DNA of 64,000 nt. Source: Mobula hypostoma. Taxonomy: Eukaryota. The notes beneath the pieces were generated by a model. It saw only the letters and a list, made by a program, of their open reading frames with translations. It was not told the origin of the DNA and did no database searches. A program made the position numbers and the translations under genes. Shown in pieces: positions 19,001 to 28,994 of this stretch. The stretch is from NCBI RefSeq assembly GCF_963921235.1, contig NC_086110.1:13082001-13146000 (forward strand). Reading direction: 5' to 3'. Every line of letters begins with the position of its first letter. Position 1 is the stretch's first letter.

Positions 19001-21085
19001 TGTATGGTAGTAGATGTTTGTTCTTTGAACGAAGGCCTTTTACTGGTGGTGTGCCGCATGGCGATCAAAGCTTGCAGCGGGTTATGGACCAGGTCTAAAA
19101 ATGCGTTGAAAATGGCAGATAGGATTTAATGAAGGTAATTGTAAGCTGTTGTACTTTGAGAAGACAAACCATTCTCCGATACACATCGTCAACGAGACTG
19201 GGATTGACGAATGCGGTAAAAAATGATCTTGGAATACAGATAGATAATTCATTGGAAATGGAGAAAAAGGCAGTGCTTTCGTAAAGATAACCTTTGTCAT
19301 ATTGGACTTCACATATCAGAGTATTGAGTGTAAAAGTTGGAATGTTATGCTGAAGTTGCATTAGACGGCAGTGAGAACAAATCTGGTGTATTGTTCACAG
19401 TTCTGGTTAATTATCTGCTGGAAAGTTATAAATATGATTGAATGAGTACAAAACAACTTACAAGATGTGGCATGAATTTGAGGACATGGATTATGAGGAA
19501 AGGTTTAACAGGTAAGGATTTTTTGAATGATTCGTAAGAGAAATAGCGAACATTTGATCGAAGTATACAAAATTATGAGGGTGTATACAAGCCTGCATCA
19601 TCCACTGAGGTTGGGTGAGAATGTAATTGGAATTCATAGGTTCAGAGTGAAATGAAAAGTATTAAAGGCGAACCTGGTGGGAAACGTCTTTACTCGGCCG
19701 GTGATGCTATTGTGGAGTGAGCTGCCAGAGGAGGTGTTTGCGATCGACTCTCTACCCGTTACAGTACTATCCAATCCTATCAAAATTCGCCTTAACCCTG
19801 AGAGGTCTATATTTCTCACAATTTATATGGTGAAAGAAGTATAGATTTTGCTAACCCTGCATAACAAAAGTTGGAATGACATTTTGCAGTGCATGTGATA
19901 GATGTTGGAATTAACTCATTTGGTGCTGGGTATTATTCCTGTCTACTTGTTGATGGGGAAATGGAGCATTGTGCTGCTGCATACAGACCCTTTGATCGAG
20001 ATTACTCTATTTAAGTATTAATATTCTGCGTCCTCTGTGCTGAGCAATCGAGTTATCCAACTCCAGCCATTCACATTAATATTAATATTATTTCAGCCTC
20101 TTGCTTGCAACACAATCCTAACCTTGCTGGAAAAGTAAAGTAATTCGTTGTATTCAAAGTACCTTCGTGATAATGAGGGTGAAGTCCTAAGGTATCACTA
20201 ACCTTGGAAATTCGGTTTATTTGGGAGATAGCTGATGAGCAGCGCTCGACGAACAGCGGTGGGAAAGAGCCGAGGAAGTACGATATGATAAACAGAATCA
20301 ACTCCGTTATCCGCCTAATAGTTGCTACATGAAATGTGATTAAGTCTTCAGTTCTTTATAATTCTGAATTGACAATCCCTGGACTGGGGTATATTTTAAC
20401 GCGGGGAACAAATGTATTCTCGCCGCTTGTTTAGTCAAGTAGAAACATTTATTTTCATCCTCATCACTAAGTTTGATGTAAAATGCACAGAGCCGAAAAT
20501 CTCCAAACAACCACACTTACCGAACACAGTGAGGCTGGTGCCACAGCTACTCACGAAAAATTGCTCCTGAAACTTTACTTCACAGTAATATAGTCCAGAG
20601 TCGCTGAATTTGACATTTCGGAGTACAAGCGTTCCTCTTCCCCTTTCTACTGTAAATTGTCTTCTGCTGTCCCCTTCTAAAAATGCCTTCTCGCCTTGCC
20701 TCCGCCAACGAATGTCAACAGTATCTTGTGATAGTGGAAATTTGCAGAACATCGTGACATTCGCACCACCCGGGACGTTCAGGTCCCGAGGGAATTGAGA
20801 TACTTCGTTCGCCGTTACTTTGACGACTGCCGGAAAAGTAAGCAAGTGTATTAATAACAGTTAAACACAGTGAATTAATAAAAAACGGATGACGTAAGTC
20901 ACTGGATATCTAAGAGCGAAAGACGGCCGAATAGATGAAAAAATATAACCGAGTATGCTGCAGGCACCCAGAGTTAAATATTATTAAATAGAATATTCAA
21001 TTCGGAAACGGCGTTTATAAATCAGCATACTTAGCCAAGTAATAGCCAGAAGTGTCATGTACGAAACCGTAAACTTCTCCGCCAT
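6968..21085 (-). CDS. Spliced gene for a non-rearranging V(J)-C1-TM-ITIM Ig-superfamily inhibitory receptor (SIRP-like tail, CD79a-like V); 7 coding exons, 344 aa
   Basis: Exons 21031-21085, 20521-20826, 17048-17335, 16354-16452, 15672-15715, 11682-11792 and 6968-7099, all with GT-AG boundaries. Intron phases 1,1,1,1,0,0 chain into one open frame: MAEKFTVSYMTLLAITWLIVKVTA-NEVSQ...YYC...SCGTSLTVF-APPTP...FYP...YTCLVSH...-TM-...LTYAAL...LYADVNTSKKL*. Confidence 0.88.
7817..8340 (-). mobile_element. Penelope-like element 3' tail / pseudo-LTR fragment
   Basis: HLGGLQPESMNIDLSNF (end of the GIY-YIG region) and terminal sequence shared with 34748-35290 and 44052-44230. Confidence 0.6.
8410..9780 (+). 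mobile_element. CR1 LINE, RT 3' half plus tail (degenerate)
   Basis: HGFLKGKSCLCNL, DFQKAF, KFADETKIGG and RPHLEYCLQFW-like motifs; tail ggcctacttctgctcctat. Confidence 0.85.
9805..10035 (+). mobile_element. tRNA-derived V-SINE-like element
   Basis: A/B-box-like head followed by V-domain-like core ttcccatgaccg...ttttctgggcgctcaggttacctcccacgttccaaaaacgtac. Confidence 0.55.
10038..11629 (+). mobile_element. Tc1-family DNA transposon with IR/DR termini, inactive
   Basis: TA TSD at 10036-37 and 11630-31. About 210-bp imperfect TIRs starting CAGTGGC, with an inner repeated gcaaaa.ttttgggca motif. Frameshifted transposase: GRPRK-like HTH region, VLWTNEVK (first catalytic D is N), DNDPKH, SPDLNIIE. 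Confidence 0.93.
11682..11792 (-). CDS. Exon 6, cytoplasmic exon (ADQAAVDHTTPHVSLNIRENKGFRKDRQQEECIIYSQ)
   Basis: Acceptor tgtgtttttccaacag|, donor CAG|gtaaag, 111 nt, phase 0-0, open frame with a Tyr motif at its 3' end. Confidence 0.75.
13621..14200 (+). repeat. Unclassified ~600-bp dispersed repeat, copy 1
   Basis: Starts caagatggcggc and ends ...taaatgacaataaaagag; clearly homologous to 49257-49910. Confidence 0.7.
14255..15605 (+). mobile_element. CR1 LINE 3' part (RT plus tail), intronic and antisense to the receptor gene
   Basis: SQHGFVRGRSCLTNLLEFFEE, PQGSVLGPLLF, KFTDYTKI, RLNLEYCVQFW; tail ctgtgctgtagtttttctatgg. Confidence 0.9.
15672..15715 (-). CDS. Exon 5, juxtamembrane cytoplasmic exon (GINTSSLDRCQSEEL)
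   Basis: Acceptor tttcttttatttttcttaag|, donor CTG|gtaagt, 44 nt, phase 1 to 0, which matches both flanking exons. Confidence 0.82.
16354..16452 (-). CDS. Exon 4, transmembrane exon (GADTKFILACALGGSAILALIIVLVNVKLKRLH)
   Basis: Polypyrimidine acceptor ttcttgttttccccctgttgatccacaag|, donor CACG|gtaaga, 99 nt, phase 1-1. About 22 uncharged hydrophobic residues followed by basic KLKR. Not in the ORF track; found by reading the minus strand. Confidence 0.9.
17048..17335 (-). CDS. Exon 3, C1-set Ig constant domain
   Basis: Acceptor ttttgattcaag|, donor CAAG|gtaaga, 288 nt, phase 1-1. C1 hallmarks LLCKTAAFYP, IIW, NVDGLYEVLSLL, W..DIYTCLVSHGSL. Confidence 0.95.
17570..18540 (-). mobile_element. 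CR1 LINE RT fragments in the V-C1 intron
   Basis: GNYRPVSLTSLVVKMLESIIKD, QRDLGVRVQYSIQVNLQV. Confidence 0.8.
18690..19760 (+). mobile_element. Highly degenerate CR1 RT fragment
   Basis: Remnant motifs ctaaccaatcttaatgaacttttcgag, atggattttagcaagagctttg and ctgtggagtgagctgccagaggagg. Confidence 0.6.
20521..20826 (-). CDS. Exon 2, short V-type Ig domain with J-like G strand
   Basis: Acceptor ttttccggcag|, donor G|gtaagt, 306 nt, phase 1-1. B-strand Cys (TMFC), C-strand Trp (IRWRR), DSGLYYC motif, C-terminal SCGTSLTV, N-glycan sequon NVT. Confidence 0.95.
21031..21085 (-). CDS. Exon 1, leader peptide MAEKFTVSYMTLLAITWL
   Basis: ATG at 21085 in aagATGG context; 55 nt ending phase 1 at A|gtatgc. 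Joined to the V exon it gives hydrophobic TLLAITWLIVKVTA with a plausible cleavage site after VTA. Confidence 0.8.
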
Positions 21086-21145
21086 CTTACAGAAACCAAA
21101 TCGACCAAATCTTGCAATGCAAGTGGTATTTTAAAGAGTTTGCCG

Positions 21146-21260
21146 GAGGAAAAGGACTTCGTGAGGAAATGTATTAATCATGTAAACATGACGCAGGATG
21201 ACACCACCGCCAGGGAGAAAAATGTGGTTCAGATTTAAACCCTGTCTCGGCTGGGAGGAA
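21146..21260 (-). promoter_or_regulatory. Possible proximal promoter with ETS/PU.1-like GAGGAA cores
   Basis: GAGGAA at about 21146, 21163-21168 and about 21255, within 200 nt upstream of the leader ATG. These short motifs could occur by chance. Confidence 0.25.
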
Positions 21261-24200
21261 AATAAGAACTCTTACAATTCTAATTTTTACATGGCCTACC
21301 TAGTGCTTTCGTGATTATGTTGGAAATCTTGCCTTCTTGCTGAATACAGGAATTATTTAAATCTTTATTGAGATATAAATTCAAATCTGTACTCTGCGCA
21401 TTTTGATGGTAAAGATGGAAATCCGCTTCGGAGTTGAAAAATGTCTAATAAGTTAGGCGGACAAAAGCAATAACAGTATTTCTTCATTCCAATTTACCTT
21501 TGCAGCTTTGCTCCATTTCAATCATATACCTTCGTTCAAATGTCACCCTGCTGCTTTCTCTAGTAAAACATTTGCGTTCGTGCGGCCAAAAGACTTTAAG
21601 CTCCGACGGGTGCGGACGGTGTTATATAAATGAAAAATTTGCTTCTCTTGATAAACTTCTTTACGGTTTGGTTATAACAGTTCGACTAATGAACTACTGC
21701 TTAATGTCTGGATTGCAAAACAACTTGAAATGCTGAACGAGCCTGGTTTGAACAGCAAATACATTGCCCCAGACGTCGAAATGCACATATCTCCTGCGCA
21801 ATGTATGATTTTGGGTTCTGAGCATTGATGACAAAAAGAAACAACATATCATATGGTCGCGTATTCAAAAACGAATTAATAATGAAATACTTATGCTGTT
21901 TGACAAGATTAAAGAAATTGTCAAGAAATATTCTATTGCTCCCAGTGAGGAGCTTTATAAAGGGAGAGTCGAACTTCAAGCAATTTTCATGAAACAAAAG
22001 CATATAATATGAAACCTTCATAAATTAATTCCAGTAACAGATTGCAATCTGTTTTATCAAAGTAGGCCGCATAGTACTCAGGTTTCTTACTCGCTGCTGT
22101 GACCAGTTCACAAGTAGAACTCACTGAGAAGCAGCTGCAAATACTGTCTGTGATAGAAATAGATTTTGGGTATAGGTTGTTGATCACATAAGGAGTGAGC
22201 ATAGATTTCAAACAGCAAGTTACTCAGTTTAATGATAACAGAGATTCAAAAGGTACTGCGATAAAATCTATAAAGGGCGCATCGAGGAATCCTCAGATGA
22301 TTGATTGCAGTTCCGAGGCTCTATTTTAAATCCAATAAACACGAGCAGTTCCATTGGGGGAAATACTGTTCTTTCAAATATCTCCTACAGTTCCACAAAG
22401 TAAATGAGAGACAACAGGATAGTCAATCGAGCAAAAAATTTAACCCGATACAGAAAAAAAGGGTTAGCACGCACCCTTGTGTCTAAGCTAGCAGGGCATA
22501 AATTGTTATCCATTTATAAAATAACAACACGGAATATTCAAAAGCATCTTGGTTGGCAATGAAACAATACTGAGCTTCCACGTGCTTCCTACGAAAGGAG
22601 TTAAGATTCTGATTACCATGTCAGACACCTCGCCATTTTGAGCAGTTATGTTTCCGATTTTCCACGAAGCGGTGGGAATGTTATGCCTTTTTCATAGAAG
22701 CTTTGTCACCATTATTAAATTGTATCTCCTGTCTTCTTAGATCTGAAATTATGTAGCTGCTTGGGGCTTAAAGTTGTTCACAGGTAACACAAATTTTGTC
22801 AATTGGATCCCACGGGATGTGATTGAGGTCAGTTTGTAGAGGAGTTTAGCTGGGAGAGGATATGGACGTTGTGAACCTTATCCTGCTGTAGATCTGATGA
22901 ACCGTAAGAGACAGTTCTAATGAGGGTCAGCTTAGTTTTACGTTACAGGTAACTTGTGATGCCGAATACTTAAATGTGTCTGCGGCAGAAACTACTATTT
23001 CCAGAATGTAAGTTTTCTGTCGAGATTTCTGCCTTGATCTTCAGATGTTCCTTTTTCTCGACAGATAAATACCAAAGATGAGAGTACTCTGATTAGTTCC
23101 CCATGAACCACTCTCTGTTCTCCATTAGTCCATTCTTCATTTGGCGTAAGAATAGAGCAGTAACTTGGACCAATTACTAAGCACTTCAAAACAAGCTTGC
23201 TAATAAAAATTGGCCTCGGTTGAGCACGGTTGGGATTATCATGGTAGCTCTTTGGTGCCAAACTGAATAACGCTGCCCATCATTTTCAGTTTTAAATGCT
23301 TTAGAGATAAACTTTACATCTCTATGTTTTTACCAGCATAAATTTGTTCAGCGTTAACTGGGGCGGATGGCAAGGGTAAGTAGAAGGCATTTTGTTCTTT
23401 TCAATTTATTGGTTTTTTGATTTCAAATGCTTGAATACATGACAATCTCAGAAAAATCGAGATCGTTTTAAATGTTAAGCACAGCTCTGGTTAGGCCAAA
23501 GGATTGAGTGTAAATCTAGATTTCTAATTTGTGAGACAATTTTGTACACCGGACGAGATAATCCTTTATATTATTGCGACTTTAAATGTCTCTGCCTTCA
23601 TTACAAACATATTCCGAATTGTTTTCAGCAAGGTTCTTCTAGGATAAGTGTTTCAACTGAATTTGATTATAGTTTAATAGATAATAGAGAGCTTAATTGA
23701 ATTTAGTTGACTGCAAAATTAAAGCTACTGTTTGATACTACTTTGTAGAAGTCACAGGAAACAATCAGCAAGCCAGGCAGCGTCTGCTGAGAGAAATAAT
23801 GTGAACACTTCAAGTTGATAATTTTTCACTAGGTCATGAAGAGGAATGATTTGTATTTTCCACTTTTTATAGTAGGTTCCCAATGTTTTCTGCATAATTT
23901 CGGATTGCAAACACCTGCAATCCTTTTTTCCATTAATTTCCCAGCTTTCCAATAAATGATCAAACTTGATATAAGCTGAACACAAAACAACCTGACCTTA
24001 CTTCCCCTTTCATTCAAAAGTATAGTGGAAAACTTTAGATCAAGAAGCACCTTTCGACATTGCCACTTCATGTAATGTTGTCTACCTGTTCCTTGTTCCC
24101 TTAACACTGCTTTTAACATAACAACGGACCAGTACAGCGCAGGATTCGGACATTCGGCTAAGCTGTCTGTCGCGAACATGATGCCAAATTAAACTAAATA

Positions 24201-25632
24201 TCTACTGCTTGCAGTCCCTCATTTAATTAATCAGAAAGGAGAATGTTTTCTCCATGAAATCGGCTTATAATGTCTTTTAATCTTCAAAGTAATTGGTTCT
24301 CCATTCAATGCTCTCAGAGAATGACTCACACATAAATATCATGTATTTAGCTAATTTAAGAATTCTTTCGTATACTTATTTCCAGAATGAACATAGCACA
24401 GAAACAGAAAATATAGACGTTGCAGCACAATTTGAGAAACATTTAGCTGACAGGAGCATAATATCAAATGTTGCTTAAATTAAACTTATTGACCTACTTT
24501 TAAACGTCAAGTGTGATAACACGAGCTGTCTGCTACATAGAGGTTTCAGAGAGGAGCAATCTTTGACCACAAATTTTCCATGATGTTACCAGCAGGCTCA
24601 CGAGTGCAATTCTATTCTCAGGTAGCGTATTAGGTCCCATTAACACAAGATACAAATGCAATCTTAGTAAACTGACAGATGAATTGAAGTTCTATTCCGG
24701 ACATCTTTTTTACAGAAAACACGCAGAAGGTCGCATGCAAATATTCGCATTTGTGAATAATAAACAGGATGTGAAAATATATCTATTTTAATAGGATGCA
24801 AAACTTCATCGGAATTGAACAAAAGCAGCTGGCCTTTCAAATGGCAGAAAAAATAGGAAAGGGAAAAAAAGAATGTACTCACTTCTTTCGAAGTTAATTG
24901 AAATACTTGGATTCATAATTCACGAACGTAGAGTTAGCAGTCCAGAAACACAATTCTGTGAAAAGAAGGTAAATGGAAGTTTTAATTCTGTTGATCTCCC
25001 TGCACATTCTAACCTGATCTGTTGAATATTCCGTGCATTCCACATTCAAGAGCCCAGCAAGTTGGACCAATCGTCTTTTTTGTTATCTATTCTATTAGGA
25101 CACTTTATATGCCTTGAATATGGAAGTTTATTCAGTTTCTTATGCTAACATAATCTGTAAAATTCGAGATTCCCACAGGTGTAAATGATCCGCGAGATGA
25201 GTATGCCATTTGGAACAATTTTCAACTGCTGAGGCAGCTGGCATGAAAGGAGGGTTAGGGAGGTATAGATTCTGGATGTTGTTAAGCAGATGGCAAAAGC
25301 TACCAGTTCTGTAATCTATCAAATAAAGGCGAGAAATAATGGGGACTATTACAGGAGAGGTGAAGGGCAGATGGAGCCAGGGCAAGATGGGGGAAGGGGA
25401 AGGCTTTGTTTGAATTGTGTGTGTTGTGGATGGATGCAACCACTGGGTAGCAACGTTTTTTTGGAAAATGGTGCTCCGTCAGATGTGGATGAGATATTCT
25501 GCCTGAAGCTGAATGGAATGGTAATTTCACATTACTTGTATCAGGAAGAAAATTGGAGAAACAAGGCATAAACTTTTATTGATTATAAAGCGTTTATATT
25601 TATAACAGTAATGTCGCCTGGCAATAATTCAA

Positions 25633-26749
25633 CTAAGCTAAAATATTTTGTGAAGATTTCCGTTTGTATTCAATGCCGAAGGCTTCCTCAATAAATGTCC
25701 AACAACAATCCGCCAGCATTAATGGATTCCAGCTGCCTTGATTCAATTTTTTCATGACCTCAATCTTCTTCTGAATCCTTTCGCCATGCTCGTTACGAAC
25801 AGCACCAAGATTTGCATGGAAGAAGTCTAAATGGGAATGCAGAAAATGATTTTTTTCTGACATGCTGCACTTCATGGTTTTGTGTGCTTGAAGTATGTTG
25901 TCAAGCAGCTGCATGTAGTTTGATGCTCTGTGGTTGCCAATAATTTTTTTTTCAACGACATCCTTGAATGCCTTCCACGGGATTTTCTCTGGTCCCTCTA
26001 GACATTCTTCGAATGGCCTGCCATTTATGACCTGTTTGATATGCGGACCAATAGAAAAAAACCTTCCTTAATTTTGGCATCAGTTATTCCGGGAAACTTC
26101 TCTCTCAAATATCGAAATCATCCACAGAAATTCTTGTACCCGGAGATAGCAGATTTCATCCTTGTAGTTTTGAATCCAGTAATTCTGCTTTTGCCTTTGA
26201 CAAACCCAAGTTGCTGACAAAGTCATTTAACTCAGACTGAGTATCACAAGAGGCTCACTCGACATAAAGAATCCAAAATCTGTATCGGTATCAGTGTCGG
26301 TTTTCTATTCCTGCCACTCACCCATTGTCATCTTCCTCTTCCTCCTCTAGACTCTATGTCCCTGGTGTCTTCAGTACTGCAAGACTATCATCATGCAGCT
26401 GAAGTCTCGATGCTGAAAGGAGATTGCAGTGTTCAATCCATTTCTTGTTTATAACAGAGAAACCAGACACGCTGGTCAGATAGAACTAGCTCTCGCCATA
26501 TCATCGGTACCACGAATGCTGTTGTCTTCCGAACATCTCTGAGGCAAAGTCTCAGATCAATAACGCCTGTTGAGCAACAAATGTGAAGGACCCAGGCATT
26601 GAGTTGGTCGCCAATCTTACACTCAAAGTAGAACTCTTAGGCTTTCTTAAAAAGAAGAGTTATGCTTCGTGGTTGAGATTAAAGCTTATACTCTCCACAC
26701 AGAAAATATAACAGAAAATATCGCGCTTGATACAACATTGGCGAGACAT
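25633..26749 (-). pseudogene. Internally deleted DDE transposase fossil, probably Chapaev3-like (CMC group)
   Basis: MSRQCCIKRDIFCYIFC, FECKIGDQ...HICCST, VVPMIWRE, QSELNDFVSNLGLSKAKAELL, FPGITDAKIKEG, HFLHSHLDFFHANLGAVRNEHGERI, MLADCCW. The central catalytic segment is missing and there are many stops. Family name is from memory. Confidence 0.7.
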
Positions 26750-28119
26750 CTTGCTTTCACAAATACTACTGAAAATAAAATAACTTGACTATAATGAATA
26801 CACACAATATGCTATGCCCGCCGAGCATGCGCATGAACATGACCAATGTACACTTAAACGCAACGCAAAGAACAGAGTGTGCATGATGCTTTTATAATCT
26901 TTCTAAAACCTGTCCTGCCATGCAGTATCCGCCCTGCCTAATACCCGAACAAGGTGGAAACCTTTCAGCTTACATCGTGGGCAACCATTTAATTGACTTG
27001 AAGTATGAATTGAAATAACAAATATAGGCGATTTAAAAATGGTATGTGATAGGGAAACTTCATGTTGACTTTCATGATCAGCAGCACAAAATCCCTGAGA
27101 CAAACCGAAAGGTATCAAAGATGTAAATTCTTTGCTGTCCGGTGAACTCGAAGGGGTGGTGGCGAACACATGTGCCTTGGAGCTGAGCGGTGGAAGAAGA
27201 TGGGGCGGGGCGAGACACAGTATACTAGGGTTTATCTACAGCTGCCGAACGTAGCATCCAAGCTCTTGGGTTAATGAATATGAAAGCAGAATACCCAGAG
27301 ACAGGCCACAGAATGTTAACCTTTGATGCAAAGGACCTGGTAAGGGACAAGAAAGCCGTGCTGCAGCAAGGGAAAATGACTCGGTTCAGCCACAATTGAG
27401 AACCATTCTGATCTTTTTAAATGGTATGTTTTTCTTAGAGGAAGTACAGTGAAGTTTCTCTAAATTGGATCAAACAACATCGATGGAGAGAAGTGAGCAG
27501 TCAAAGTTTCGTATTCAGACTCTTCATCAGGACTGGAAGAACGGAAAGGAGCAGGACAGGTAGCCAGCATTAAAGGTCAGGGAAAGGTTGGAGCAACAGA
27601 TGGAGAGTAATAACTGGGTCCAGGTGAGGAAGTGATTAGCATCACTCTCCGAAGTCACTTGATCCTCCCTTGCATTCCTCACAAACTACCCCGATGTTTA
27701 ATCAGACTAAATTCCTCGCTCACGATCATGGCTGATCCAATCAGAAACTCTGATTCTGGTTTTCTTTTCGTCTGCAACTCACATCGGTATCAGTCAGCAG
27801 TACTTTGTAGCTACTCGGTTGCTTTCTAAAATTCTCTAGAAAACTAATGATATGATTTACGCCATGTAATCTAAATGTCTGGAACAATGAAGAAAATCAT
27901 TTTTCAAATCTCGTTCTGCCAGAGAGCGCGTTTGTGTTCAGCTGATGAACTGACGAATCGCATGAATAATGGTGCCCACGACTGAGGTACAACACTGTCC
28001 TCTCTAATATTCCCTCTAAATTTCGTTTAGCATAACCGAGAAGTTCATCTGCTTGAGTTATAACAGTTTTCTATTATTGGCCTAGCACGTCGGCCAGTGT
28101 TTAAACAGGACTCCGGCGA

Positions 28120-28990
28120 AATATTATAAGAATCGAACAGACCGATAACTCGCCGATACACGGGATGGACCGAAGTAGTGATTCGGAAAAGGTCAAAGGT
28201 GGAGGTATCTGTTTCAGGATAAACTGTACTTCTCCGATGTGGCAGTTTTCTCGTGATCTTGTTCGTCCGATCTTGAACATCTGGGGATCAAACGCCGGCC
28301 GTTCTATTTACCAAGAGAGTTCTCTTTCATGATCCTGACCGCAGTTTACATACCACCATCGTCCGACTGAGACACTACATGATGCCATCGCCAAGGAGGT
28401 AACAGTCCATCTCGATGCATTTCAGATCATAGTCGGGGAATTCAATGAGGCTTGTTTGAAGAAATCCCTGCCCAATGACCCTCAGAACATAACGTGCTGC
28501 ACCAGAACACCGAGCACACTAGACCTCTGCTACTGTACAAAATATAAGAAATGTCGACACGTCCATGCTCAAAGGGCACATCTGATCGCTTGACTGTCCT
28601 TCTTGTACCTGCATAGAGATAAAAGGAAACGAGCAAGAGTCCGCAGATTAGGACAACAAAAGGGTGGTCGCGGGAGGCAGAGGAGCGGCTACGGGATTGC
28701 TTCAAGTTGGTGGACTGGGCTGTGTTCAAGGTCTCGTCTGTGAATGAACACACTACGGTTATCACGGACGTGAGAAAAAAAAACAGTTGTAGATAAGTGA
28801 GTCTAAGATTCCTGGGTGAACCATTGCATCTGAAGTCTGCTGAGGTCAGATCTCAGGCAATCAAGATTGGCGACCAATAAAGTCATAAAAGGTTCAAAAA
28901 GGCATATCACGAGCGAATTGGCAATTCCAGATTAAACTTGAATGAATGAATGATGCCCAGCAGTTGCGACAGGGCGTGAATGCTATGAAA
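28120..28990 (+). mobile_element. Rex1/Babar LINE endonuclease region relic
   Basis: Translates to DLEHLGIKRRPFYLPREFSFMILTAVYIPP, FQIIVGEFNEA, DAQQLRQGVNA. Confidence 0.7.
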
Positions 28991-28994
28991 GTGC

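Noticed and set aside
20525-20560. CACAGTG heptamers in and near the V exon (20525 and 20866)
   Set aside because: The first is simply the reverse complement of the L-T-V codons. Neither has a credible nonamer at 12 or 23 nt.
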